A DNA stretch of 64,000 nucleotides, taken from positions 26,318 to 90,317 of the forward strand of contig JAWXUX010000007.1 in NCBI GenBank assembly GCA_044426045.1. The letters run 5' to 3'. The notes under the pieces were generated by a model. The model saw nothing but the letters and a program-made list of their open reading frames with translations, did not search any database and was not told where the DNA came from. Each line of letters starts with the position of its first letter. The stretch's first letter is position 1. This DNA is from Bacillota bacterium (GTDB lineage Bacteria; Bacillota; Clostridia; Christensenellales; CAMQZB01). A program made the translations under genes and the position numbers. Positions 25,941-36,003 of this stretch are shown one piece after another.

Positions 25941-26960
25941 CTACTTAAGTCCCATCTCCAAAAGTTTTCCCTCAAACTCCCCATAGGCAGCACAGATATC
26001 ATCTTCGATTTGCTCTTTCACTTCGTCATATGGGAAATCGATTTTTTCCCACCATTCCACAAGGTTTTTCATGCCTTGTTCTAGGGTTATTTGTGGGTTA
26101 TATTCCGGCACGGCTTTTTGGATTTTTTCGTTTGAGAACACCGCGCAATACACTTTTTCATAGTTCAAGTGCGTGCACACTGTTGGCCAAATTTTGCGGA
26201 GAAGTGCTGATGGAACATATATGAATTTCGGTTCTTTTCCGACAGCTTTGCCAATCGCGCGATACAAATCTTCCCACACAACAACTTCGGTGTTAGTGAT
26301 ATGATAAAAATCGTTGTATGTTTTTTCGTTGCCACAGCAAAGCACGTATCCTTTCGCAAGATCTGGCGAGAAAGTGAACGACCATGGGATAACACCTTCG
26401 CCAATCATCACAACAGGTTTGCCTTCCTTTATTCTTCTTGCGATGTTGCGATTTTGACGGAACGTGCCAACGGTTTGCGAGCCTTCGCCAAAAGTTAGGC
26501 ACGGTCTTATGATTGTGATTCCCGCACTGTGTTTGCCCATTTCCCCTTGCAAATATCTATCCATTTCCGCCTTGTTGAAGCCATAGGCAAAAGAATCGTC
26601 GAAAGTGAGCGCTTCTTTATCTTCTGAAACTGGAAGGCTTTTATATGGTCTTTGATATGCCGAACTGCTTGAAGTCACGATGATTTGTTTGCACCTTTCG
26701 CCAAACAAACCAAGCATTTGTTTTGCATCTTCCACGTTGAACATGATCATATCAATAACAACGTCAACTTCAACAGCTTTCATTTTGCTTTCAAAATCGG
26801 CGGTGTCCTTTCTGTCCCCCAAAATCACATTCACGCCGTTTGGCATTGCCACATCACGCATACCACGATTGAAAACAGTGACATCGTGCCCCGCTTCCAC
26901 CGCTTGTTTCACAATTTGCGAACTGATAACGCCAGTTCCGCCTAAAATCAAAATCTTCAT
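25941..26960 (-). CDS. NAD-dependent epimerase/dehydratase family protein
   Basis: MKILILGGTGVISSQIV Rossmann motif; AAGGAG RBS. Confidence 0.85.
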   Translation of the reverse strand: MKILILGGTGVISSQIVKQAVEAGHDVTVFNRGMRDVAMPNGVNVILGDRKDTADFESKMKAVEVDVVIDMIMFNVEDAKQMLGLFGERCKQIIVTSSSSAYQRPYKSLPVSEDKEALTFDDSFAYGFNKAEMDRYLQGEMGKHSAGITIIRPCLTFGEGSQTVGTFRQNRNIARRIKEGKPVVMIGEGVIPWSFTFSPDLAKGYVLCCGNEKTYNDFYHITNTEVVVWEDLYRAIGKAVGKEPKFIYVPSALLRKIWPTVCTHLNYEKVYCAVFSNEKIQKAVPEYNPQITLEQGMKNLVEWWEKIDFPYDEVKEQIEDDICAAYGEFEGKLLEMGLK

Positions 26961-27256
26961 CTTTTTCTCCTTATAAACGCGAAAATATCGCTTATGTCAA
27001 TATAATATCACGATTGAATGCAAAAAACAATATTATATTTGAATTTTCCTACAATTTTATAATAAAACCATTGGTAAATTGCCATTTTTTAACAACAAAT
27101 TTCCATAGGAGTATTCCCTTTTTCGTTATTTTGTGGTACAATAATATAATTAAACCAAATTGGCGGGAAAGTATTGAATTGTATTTCGATGTATTTGATG
27201 TGCCAAGGGGAAATTTGGTTTTAAATGAGAAAATATATACAAAAGAGAGGGAAATT

Positions 27257-28063
27257 ATGAGAAACACTATTTTGAAACGCACACTTGCCCTTTTCCTAGT
27301 TTTCGTTTTGGCTTTCACAAGCTTGAACCTAGATTGGAATTTACAAACTGTTTCGGCGGATACGGAATCTTCCACTGAAAATACTGCCGTGGCGGTAAAA
27401 ACAGCTGCCGATGTGTCACCGTATTATTTTGACGAATCGGACAACGTGTTTAGAACAACGACGGACGATGCAATAGTATCCGTGTATTATACTGATTCAA
27501 ATGAAGATACAATCACCCTTGACAAGGAGTGTACGGTTTATTATGTTTTGACTGGATCTGAAACTAGCGAATATTACAAAAGTGAATATTTGGCATATGT
27601 TGATGTTAAGACGGATACTGAAATCACTAGCACCCTTGAAACTGACGTTACAGAATGCGATGTTGCAAGTTCCACTTCCGTTGTTTCTGACAACAGTGAT
27701 GACGTTGTAATATTCGACGTGAACGCTGGCATAGATGTTTATCTTACATACCCAAACACTGACAGCGATGCCGAACCTATCAAATATTGGAAAGAACTTG
27801 ATTTGTGGCGCGTAAATGACGACATAACCAACACAGTTGAGCCAATCATTAATTCAACATTTATTAACGAGGATTCAAATTATCGCCTTACTGGAGATAC
27901 TGAGCTTCAATCTTCACTTATTATATCATCTGGCGTGACAGCAAACATCGATTTGAATGGATATGTTCTTTCTTTTGCGGATGAATATAAAGAAGCAGCC
28001 GTTGAAGGCACTATTTTGTATGTTAAAGGCACGTTGAATATTTATGACAGCCGTGGGAGATAA
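27257..28063 (+). CDS. giant surface protein, fragment 1 (signal peptide and N-terminal region)
   Basis: ATG at 27257 preceded by GAGAGGG. The frame ends at TAA 28061-28063. Confidence 0.6.
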   Translation: MRNTILKRTLALFLVFVLAFTSLNLDWNLQTVSADTESSTENTAVAVKTAADVSPYYFDESDNVFRTTTDDAIVSVYYTDSNEDTITLDKECTVYYVLTGSETSEYYKSEYLAYVDVKTDTEITSTLETDVTECDVASSTSVVSDNSDDVVIFDVNAGIDVYLTYPNTDSDAEPIKYWKELDLWRVNDDITNTVEPIINSTFINEDSNYRLTGDTELQSSLIISSGVTANIDLNGYVLSFADEYKEAAVEGTILYVKGTLNIYDSRGR

Positions 28064-31000
28064 AGATGCAACGCATTATTGGAATGGTTCGGATGTTGTT
28101 GACACTGATCCTAACCCTGATAATAATAATGACTACAAATTCAAAGGCGGTGCAATCACAGGTGGTGCTACTTCAAAAATAACAAACAACACAAACGTTG
28201 GGCTTGTTTATGGCGGGGGCGGAATTTTCGTTCTCAGCTCGGGTAAAGTGAACATGTATGCCGGAACAATCATCGGCAACAAAACAAAAACAACCAATTC
28301 TTATGGCGGCGGTGTTTATGTTTGGAACGGCGGTGTGTTCAACATGTATGGCGGTGAAATCAGTTATAACTCCTCTGCTTCCATTGGTGGCGGTGTTTAT
28401 TCTGATGGCGAGTTCAACTTGATTGGCGGTAAAATCAAAAATAACACTGCAACCTACGGCGCTGGGATTTACGCCGATGGCGAAGTTTCAAACGATGATG
28501 CCAAGGTTACAATAAGCGGTGGCACGATTTCTGCCAACACTGCAACCTACGGCGCTGGTATTTATGTTGCGGGCACGGTTGTTATGAATGGCGGCTCCGT
28601 GACAGGTAACAAAGCTGACACCGGCACAGGTGGTGGTGCTTATCTCAAGGACGGTTCATTCACGGTTTCTGATGATGCCAAAATCTCAGGCAACACAGCG
28701 GTGAGAACAACAGGAACAACAACCAACAACGTGAACATCCCAAATAACAGCATGACAATCACAGTTGCGGGCGCTCTTACTGGCACAATTGGCGTTATTC
28801 GCCAAAGCGGAACTGGCACAGTTGCAACTTATTCAGGCACATATTCCGAATTAGGACTAACAAACATCACCTCAGACGATACCTCTTATTATAGATTAAT
28901 CAATGAAGACGGCACAGTTGAGCTTATACTGTCTCAAATCATTGACGGAAAAAACGATTCTATTGTATATTACAAAGATGCAATCACCATAAATGCAGTG
29001 ACAGACTCCGACGGCACAACAACAGAATCAAGCCCTTTCTTTGCCAAGACTGATCTCACAGGCGCAGCGACATACACTGTCACTCCAACAACAGGTGCGG
29101 GAACTTATGATAAAAGCACTGGCAAGTTGACTGTTACAAGCGTTGGTGAATTTAAAATTGAAGTTTCTGTTGAAAACACCGAAAATGATCCTCCGAAATA
29201 TGGCACAGCAACTTTGACAGTTACGCAAGCAACAATCACCCTTGATAGCATTTCCGCAATAGCGAGTGCCTATGATTCTAACAACCGATATGTCGAACTT
29301 GATCAAAGCGTATACGTTGAAGTCACCAACGAAGATGGATATCAAATCACAGGCGTTATTAATAACGACGATGTCGCTTTAGACTTTTCTGATTCATACG
29401 GATATATCACAAGCACAAGTTATAGCACTGATGACTTCACTGGCTCAAAAGGCTATGACATCACCGTTCACGGTTTGACACTTACTGGTGCGGACAGCGG
29501 GAATTATATGCTTATCATCAATTTAGATGATGATAACCCACCAACAGTTACAATAAACACAGCAATCCCATATATCGCATGGCCTGCTGCAACAGATATC
29601 ACATATGGCGAAACAACTGCAAATTCAATCCTTTCGGGCGGAAAAGTTGTTGTTAAACTTGCTGACGGCAATGACCAGTATGTTGATATCACACAATACG
29701 GCGATTTTGAATGGACAACCGAAATATCTGGCAAAAATGTCGGAAGCTACGCCCATGCAGTTCAGTTTGATTTTGATGGCAAAGACGGAGATGATACTAG
29801 TACCGTCGGAGATTGGGTTTGGAATGCTACCGACGGAGATTCAGATAATACCAACGGAAATTGGGTCTTGAAGGATACCGACGGAAATGTGGTTTACACT
29901 ATTTCAGGTGCCGTTATAACTGCCCTAGAATCTCAAATTCACTACGTGAGCTATGACGTTCAAGCGGCAGCGGTTTCTTTTGAAGTTTCTGGCAATGCTG
30001 TTGTAACCGACGGAACTTTTTCTCCAACATACACCACGACGTGTGAAGTGGGAAGTATAGCTCTCGCAACCGATACATCAGCTGGATACAAAATTTTATA
30101 TTACTATATCGACGATAATGGTATTCAATATGACGACTATTCTGAAATTGAAACAGGTGGTACAATCCAATATTATATCGGTGCGGAATTTGTCAACGCC
30201 GATGGTAGCACGAATTATAACTATCACCACTCTGGTTCTGCCGACAGTACTGCAAAACAAATTGCAGTGTTGAATATTTTTGACGAAACAGATCTAACTG
30301 AATATTCAACTACTTTTGTTTATACAGCTTCTGCTGATGCAACAGATGATACAACGGCTAATACAGCAGCCACTTCAATTTCTGCTTACGCTGGCGATAT
30401 CGTTGTTTTGCCAACGCTTACTACTGATGCCAATAACGATGTTGCTGATTATATCGGTTGGAAATATGACGGCACTATTTATGATTTTGGCAGCAGATTC
30501 ACTCAACCTGACAGCGACGTTGAATTCACAGCAGTGGCAGCGGAAACTGCATATGAAATTTCTGGCTCAATCAGCGGAATAGATCTTGACACAACAAAGG
30601 GCGCACTTAGCGGTGTTTCAATTTTCCTTATGCAAGGTAGCGAACTTATTGCAAGCGATGTGACTAACGCTGACGGCACATATTCAATATCTGCACCAGA
30701 CGGCAGATACACACTTGTTGCAATGCGTGACCTTGGTAGTATTGTCAACCAAGAAAGCATATTTATTGAAGTTTCTAACGTAGATAATTCTGACGACTAT
30801 GCAGTTTCGCAAGATATTGAACTTCCAAACATTCGCCAAAGCATTTCCTTGAATGTTGATGCAGGTTTCACAGGCATCACAGCATCAGGGCTTTATGGCT
30901 TTATTGGAGCTGAAGAAGAAAACACAATCAACGTGAATGTGGATCAAGTGGATTTGTACGGCACTGAATATTCCGCAATTCTTGCAGCGGCAGCGGAGGA

Positions 31001-33188
31001 TGACCTCACAACCGACAATGTGAAGTTGTTTTATGACATCAATGCAACCGAGCAACCTACTTTTGAAACAACCGACGACAACACAAACGACGTTGCAACC
31101 ATAGACGATGGCGACACTATCCCGCTTAAAGATTTCGACAGTGGATTCACTTTTTATATCCCAATCGCGGGTATGTATCAAGACAAAGACTACTACTATG
31201 TTTATAAAAGTGATGCGAGCGGAATTGTTGAAATTTTGACACAATCCAACAGCATTATCAAAGACGATGAATATTTCAGCATATTGGATAATGACACCCT
31301 CGTTATCCACACAACAGAGCCAGTGGTTTTCGCACTCGCGTTTGAAAATGATACATACACAATGGAGGGTGCAGAACTCACTTCCAAAGTATATAGCAGT
31401 GATTCGATTTCGTTGGAGAATTTGGGAATATTCACTAGTGGCAGCACATACACAGATAAGACTGGTACTGTTGAAAATATTCTCCTCAACACGTCAGATT
31501 ACGACTGTTCATATATTGTCACTCCAATAAGTGGGGCTGGCGTGTTTGATGAAGAAAACAACACTTTGAAAGTCACAAAAGTTGGCACATTTGAAATTTC
31601 AGTTGTGATTCCAGCAAGCGAAACTACAAATGCTCGCGAATGGATTATAACTTCAACGCTCACTGTTGATCCAAAACCTGTTTATATCAGTGGCATTGAA
31701 ACAATAGACCGAAGCTATATTGACGGGTACTACTACGCTCAAATCGAAAGCGGCATTGGAACAATTACTGGTATCATAAACGAAGATACTGTTTATGTTG
31801 ATACCTCTTCTGCTAGCGGAACTATCACTGATGCAGCTGATGTAGATTCTGAGCAAGATGATTATGATGCTATCCTTACTGCTACCGATAGAACTTTCAA
31901 TGTTTCCGTCAGCGGTGTCAAACTCACTGGTGACGATGCTGGTAACTACACAATTCAAAGCGTGGCTGATTCAACGGTTTATATCGACGTCAATGACACA
32001 TATTTCTCTTGGCCAACAGCAACAAGCATAACATACGGACAAACTTTGAACGATTCAACACTGTACGGCGGTAAGGTTTATGTTGTTGAAAAAGATGCTA
32101 CTCAAGTCGAAACTATCACTTTGATTGATGGCGATTTTGTTTGGGACAACACTGCCCTATCGGTAGTGAACGATGCAGGCACATATAACGCCGCAGTTTC
32201 TTTTGTGGTGAATGATGAAAACACAGACACTTTTGAAACTGAAATTACACTTGATGAAGCTACTACCTTTAAAACTGATGTTACTTTTGTATCTGGCACA
32301 CTTACTGACACACTTACTGACACAAATTACGTGAAAGGCGATACTATACAAGCAGGCACGGAAATAACTTCAGGCACAACAGTACTTGCGAACATCTCCT
32401 ACCAAGAAAAATATGCATATGTTGAAAGCACAACTCAATATATTTCATATGTAATCAATGTAACGCCAGTGGTGTTCAGTGTTTCAGACGATACGCAAGT
32501 AGCTTCAAGCTATGGTTCTGCGCTATATCCAACGGTTGTTGGCACATACACAGAAATCATCACTGATACAGACGGAACAACAATTTCCGAAGAGAGGACA
32601 TTGCCTTTAAGCGACTATAACGTTATATACTTCCAATCAACAGATGCTGGCTATGTCACAATCGAAAACCCAACTGAAGTTGGAACATATCTTGTCGGTT
32701 GTGAATTCACAAGCACAAACTATCACCATTCAGGCACAAGCGAAAGCACGGCTAAGCAAATTGGTTCTTTTTATATCACCGAAAGCAACGAAACCGTGAC
32801 AACATACAATGTGAATTTTTATGTTAACAACGTGAAAAACGATGATTTGTCAACAACTGTTAAATATCAAGACGTATTGATTTTGCCAACGATAGCTGGT
32901 GATGATTATATCGGTTGGGCAAATTCAGATGGAACTTTTTATGAATTTGGTGCAAGACTTCCATATACTTTCGAATCGGACACTACACTAAACGCAGTTG
33001 CGGCTCCAGAAACATATGCAATTTCGGGAACAATCAAAGGAACTGAACTTGGGCAATCAACTGACAGCGGCATCGCGGGGCTTAGCCACATTGCAATCAC
33101 AATCATGCAAGGAAGCGAAATCATTGCAACAACTGAAACAAAAAGCGATGATGAAAGCACTGCTGATATAAACGAAGTAGGCACATAG
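28044..33188 (+). CDS. giant surface protein, fragment 2
   Basis: +1 frame relative to fragment 1, open from 28038. Ends at the in-frame TAG 33186-33188. Confidence 0.6.
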   Translation: MTAVGDKDATHYWNGSDVVDTDPNPDNNNDYKFKGGAITGGATSKITNNTNVGLVYGGGGIFVLSSGKVNMYAGTIIGNKTKTTNSYGGGVYVWNGGVFNMYGGEISYNSSASIGGGVYSDGEFNLIGGKIKNNTATYGAGIYADGEVSNDDAKVTISGGTISANTATYGAGIYVAGTVVMNGGSVTGNKADTGTGGGAYLKDGSFTVSDDAKISGNTAVRTTGTTTNNVNIPNNSMTITVAGALTGTIGVIRQSGTGTVATYSGTYSELGLTNITSDDTSYYRLINEDGTVELILSQIIDGKNDSIVYYKDAITINAVTDSDGTTTESSPFFAKTDLTGAATYTVTPTTGAGTYDKSTGKLTVTSVGEFKIEVSVENTENDPPKYGTATLTVTQATITLDSISAIASAYDSNNRYVELDQSVYVEVTNEDGYQITGVINNDDVALDFSDSYGYITSTSYSTDDFTGSKGYDITVHGLTLTGADSGNYMLIINLDDDNPPTVTINTAIPYIAWPAATDITYGETTANSILSGGKVVVKLADGNDQYVDITQYGDFEWTTEISGKNVGSYAHAVQFDFDGKDGDDTSTVGDWVWNATDGDSDNTNGNWVLKDTDGNVVYTISGAVITALESQIHYVSYDVQAAAVSFEVSGNAVVTDGTFSPTYTTTCEVGSIALATDTSAGYKILYYYIDDNGIQYDDYSEIETGGTIQYYIGAEFVNADGSTNYNYHHSGSADSTAKQIAVLNIFDETDLTEYSTTFVYTASADATDDTTANTAATSISAYAGDIVVLPTLTTDANNDVADYIGWKYDGTIYDFGSRFTQPDSDVEFTAVAAETAYEISGSISGIDLDTTKGALSGVSIFLMQGSELIASDVTNADGTYSISAPDGRYTLVAMRDLGSIVNQESIFIEVSNVDNSDDYAVSQDIELPNIRQSISLNVDAGFTGITASGLYGFIGAEEENTINVNVDQVDLYGTEYSAILAAAAEDDLTTDNVKLFYDINATEQPTFETTDDNTNDVATIDDGDTIPLKDFDSGFTFYIPIAGMYQDKDYYYVYKSDASGIVEILTQSNSIIKDDEYFSILDNDTLVIHTTEPVVFALAFENDTYTMEGAELTSKVYSSDSISLENLGIFTSGSTYTDKTGTVENILLNTSDYDCSYIVTPISGAGVFDEENNTLKVTKVGTFEISVVIPASETTNAREWIITSTLTVDPKPVYISGIETIDRSYIDGYYYAQIESGIGTITGIINEDTVYVDTSSASGTITDAADVDSEQDDYDAILTATDRTFNVSVSGVKLTGDDAGNYTIQSVADSTVYIDVNDTYFSWPTATSITYGQTLNDSTLYGGKVYVVEKDATQVETITLIDGDFVWDNTALSVVNDAGTYNAAVSFVVNDENTDTFETEITLDEATTFKTDVTFVSGTLTDTLTDTNYVKGDTIQAGTEITSGTTVLANISYQEKYAYVESTTQYISYVINVTPVVFSVSDDTQVASSYGSALYPTVVGTYTEIITDTDGTTISEERTLPLSDYNVIYFQSTDAGYVTIENPTEVGTYLVGCEFTSTNYHHSGTSESTAKQIGSFYITESNETVTTYNVNFYVNNVKNDDLSTTVKYQDVLILPTIAGDDYIGWANSDGTFYEFGARLPYTFESDTTLNAVAAPETYAISGTIKGTELGQSTDSGIAGLSHIAITIMQGSEIIATTETKSDDESTADINEVGT

Positions 33189-33242
33189 TCAATCAGCGTT
33201 CCCGACGGCAGATACACTCTTGTTATTTCGCGCGACCAAACC

Positions 33243-34514
33243 GTGAACAATGTTATTTCATCATTTGTTGAAGTTAGTGGCGAAGCTGTTCCAGATCAAG
33301 ATTTCACAATTTCTGACACTCTTCAAAACACAACTTTGGAAATTGCTTCAGGCGTTGGTGCAATCACCGTTTCTGGCGTGAATGATTTGATTGAAACTGA
33401 TAAAGAAAACTCAATCAATATCAGCATAAGTTCGGCAGATATTTATGGAGATGACCAAATTGAATATGCGGAAATAACAACTCTTGCCAGTGAGGCGGGA
33501 ATAGAAGCCAACAATTTGAAAGTCTTTTACAGTATTGATATCGAGCAACTTGACAGCAATTCTGGCTCGTTCACCGCACTTGTTGACCTCAATGAAAGTT
33601 ACGACACAACGGTCATAGATGATAATACATATTTGACTTTCTATATCCCGATTGCGGCTTCATATCAAGGCATGGATAACTATGTTGTTTATCGTTATCA
33701 TGAAGGCGAAGTTGATACACTCACAACAACTGCAAACGACTATGGCGAATATATCGAACTTATTGATAATGGCGCGACACTGCTTGTCAAGGCGAGCAAA
33801 TTCTCGCTTTATGGCGTTGCGTTTTATGATAACGAAGTGGTTGCAACAACGACAACAACTTCTTCATCATCAGGCGGTGGGTCACTTTCGTTCGATGTTT
33901 CGTTTGATTTGAATGGCGGAACTGGTTCTGCTGAAAGCTATACTCCAGATAAAAATTCAACGATAACTCTTCCAACCGACATAACAAAAGACGGTTATGT
34001 GCTAGCGGGTTGGGAAAATTCAAGAACTGGCGAATTTTATGCGGTGGGCAGTGAATTCACGATGAGCTCACAAGATGCGAATTTCGTCGCGGTTTGGGAA
34101 GTTGCAACGGCTTCATATTTCACGCTTTACTACTCTAGCGACGGTGCGACTATCCAAAGCGATGTTGATATCGCAAGTGGCTCGACTGTTGAAATTGCTA
34201 GCTTCGATTTGCAAAAAGACGGTTATGTTTTTGCGGGATTCCGCAGTGACTACGACGGCGTGCTTTATCAATCTGGCGAGGAATTCAAAATGCCAAGCGA
34301 TGATGTTGTGATGACTTGCGAATGGCAAGAAGTTGTGGCTGGCGAGATTGTCACTGATTCTTCATCAACATGTATTTGGTGGATTATTTTGGTTATTGTT
34401 ATAATATTTGTTTTCTTCATTTTCTTCATCATTTGGAAAAGAAAGAAAGACGAGGAAGAGGAAGAAGAATTGGAAGAATTGGAAGAAGCTGGAACAGGAA
34501 GAATGGAGCGATAA
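33243..34514 (+). CDS. giant surface protein, fragment 3 (same frame as fragment 2; homology resumes at 33189)
   Basis: 33243 minus 28044 is a multiple of 3. The codons right after the TAG read SISVPDGRYTLV, matching the paralogous repeat. Confidence 0.6.
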   Translation: MNNVISSFVEVSGEAVPDQDFTISDTLQNTTLEIASGVGAITVSGVNDLIETDKENSINISISSADIYGDDQIEYAEITTLASEAGIEANNLKVFYSIDIEQLDSNSGSFTALVDLNESYDTTVIDDNTYLTFYIPIAASYQGMDNYVVYRYHEGEVDTLTTTANDYGEYIELIDNGATLLVKASKFSLYGVAFYDNEVVATTTTTSSSSGGGSLSFDVSFDLNGGTGSAESYTPDKNSTITLPTDITKDGYVLAGWENSRTGEFYAVGSEFTMSSQDANFVAVWEVATASYFTLYYSSDGATIQSDVDIASGSTVEIASFDLQKDGYVFAGFRSDYDGVLYQSGEEFKMPSDDVVMTCEWQEVVAGEIVTDSSSTCIWWIILVIVIIFVFFIFFIIWKRKKDEEEEEELEELEEAGTGRMER

Positions 34515-34616
34515 ACCAATGCTTTTGGCTCTCCAAAAAAGCAAAAAAACCACGGCATGTTTGACTTTGCTTGAACTGGCAAGACAAAACAAGGCGTAGG
34601 AAAAGATTAATATTAA

Positions 34617-34656
34617 AAGGCGATGAATATATTTATTCATCGCCTTTCTTTTTTAT
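34617..34656 (+). terminator. rho-independent terminator shared by convergent genes
   Basis: 12-bp stem AAGGCGATGAAT/ATTCATCGCCTT (34617-34646) followed by TCTTTTTTAT. Confidence 0.75.
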
Positions 34657-34737
34657 AAAATTATATATAGCAAAGTTTGCATTTAAAACTTGAACCTTAC
34701 TTGCTTGTTATCTGTTACCCGTTATGTTATCTTGCTT

Positions 34738-35994
34738 TTATTTTGCTTTTATCTTGCTCGCAAAATATTTCACAATTCCTCTTGCCATAAGCACAGCAAA
34801 AACCACGCTGAGAACTGTGATGATAAATCCCGAACTGCCGTGCGATACGCTTCCTGGTTGCAACATGATTTGCAAATTGAAATTCGCCACTGCAAAGTCA
34901 ATCAAAATTCCCACAACAAGTGCAACCACGATTGATGTTGAAAGATAAATCGCTGTGATTTTTTTGCCGAGCGCTTTATTTATCAGCATGATAGACGCAA
35001 TGTTTGTGACAGGGCCAACAAACAAAAACACGAACGCAGAACCAAGCGACATGCCCTTTGCAACAAGGGAAATCGCAATCGGAATTGAAGCGACCGAACA
35101 AATATACATCGGCAAGCCAACAATCACCATTGCTATCATTGCAAATATACCGCCGTCAAGCCCAATCGATACGAAAAAGTCCGCTGGGATGAATGTGCTT
35201 ATCAATGTGGCAATGACTATGCCCACCAAAAGTCGCACTGAAAGTTCGTCAAGAAACCCGCCATATGCACTTTTCAATGCTGGCAATAATTGAGAAAAGC
35301 CTTTCTTTTCGCCTCTAGGTTCTTCATGACATCCGCAGCCGCAGTGGTCTTCTTTCTTTTCTTCGTGACATCCGCAACTGCAGTGGTCTTCAACTACTTC
35401 TTCGTGACATCCGCAACTGCAGTGGTCTTCAACTACTTCTTCATGACATCCGCAACCGCAGTGCTCGTCTTCATGTTTTTCTTCATGACATCCGCAACCG
35501 CAGTGATGTTCTTTTATTTCTTCATGACCGCCACAGCCACAACCGCAACTGTCGCCAATTCCATCAGTTTTCACAACCTCGTCTTTCGCAAAAACATCAA
35601 CAAGCGTGCCCGCAATAATGCCGGAAACAAATGCCGTGATTGGCCTCACAATCGCCATAAACGCGCCCATAAGCGAATATGTCGCAAGAATACTATCCAC
35701 GCCCGTTTGTGGCGTAGAAGTCAAAAATGACACCACTGCACCGTTTGAAGCACCGTTTTTCTTCAGCCCCAAAGCTGTTGGAACAACCCCGCACGAACAA
35801 AGTGGCAATGGCACGCCCACAACAGACGCTTTCAACACTGATGAAAAATCATCCTTGCCCATGTGTTTCAAAATCGTTTCTTTTTTTATAAATGCATCCA
35901 TGATTGCAACAAAAAGCAATCCTAGCATAAGATATGGCGCAATGTCGATAAACATATCAACAAAATTCACCACAAATAATTTCAAATATTCCAT
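34738..35994 (-). CDS. UPF0718/ArsP-like permease with a Cys/His-rich metal-binding insert (putative metal transporter)
   Basis: VGVPLPLCSCGVVP permease motif. The insert has repeated HCGCGCHEE units. An ArsR-family gene is adjacent. Confidence 0.8.
   Translation of the reverse strand: MEYLKLFVVNFVDMFIDIAPYLMLGLLFVAIMDAFIKKETILKHMGKDDFSSVLKASVVGVPLPLCSCGVVPTALGLKKNGASNGAVVSFLTSTPQTGVDSILATYSLMGAFMAIVRPITAFVSGIIAGTLVDVFAKDEVVKTDGIGDSCGCGCGGHEEIKEHHCGCGCHEEKHEDEHCGCGCHEEVVEDHCSCGCHEEVVEDHCSCGCHEEKKEDHCGCGCHEEPRGEKKGFSQLLPALKSAYGGFLDELSVRLLVGIVIATLISTFIPADFFVSIGLDGGIFAMIAMVIVGLPMYICSVASIPIAISLVAKGMSLGSAFVFLFVGPVTNIASIMLINKALGKKITAIYLSTSIVVALVVGILIDFAVANFNLQIMLQPGSVSHGSSGFIITVLSVVFAVLMARGIVKYFASKIKAK
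35317..35556. repeat. 39-nt (13-codon) tandem repeats encoding (HC[GS]CGCHEExxED)n
   Basis: About five to six in-frame units are visible in the DNA and protein. Two central units are near-identical. Confidence 0.8.
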
Positions 35995-36003
35995 TTACTC
36001 TCC

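Larger units (their letters stand above)
27257..34514 (+). pseudogene. giant cell-surface protein (~2,400 aa) interrupted by one +1 frameshift and one in-frame TAG
   Basis: Signal peptide MRNTILKRTLALFLVFVLAFTS. Pmp/beta-helix GGG(V/I)Y repeats, YDG/MBG-type repeats and CarboxypepD_reg-like modules. Two Listeria-Bacteroides-type repeats (DGYVLAGW, DGYVFAGF), then a C-terminal TM plus acidic tail. The three tracked ORFs are contiguous pieces of this gene. Confidence 0.75.

Noticed and set aside
33186-33188. In-frame TAG as pyrrolysine or other recoding
   Set aside because: TAG terminates several ordinary genes in this window, no pyl genes are visible, and the paralogous position is a plain TAT Tyr. 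A point nonsense mutation is the simpler reading.
35290-35730. Plus-strand ORF 35290..35730 with repeated MTSATAVV peptides, and the 39-nt repeats as a possible CRISPR array
   Set aside because: It is the antisense translation of the in-frame Cys/His repeat of the permease. The repeats are contiguous with no spacers, so it is not CRISPR.
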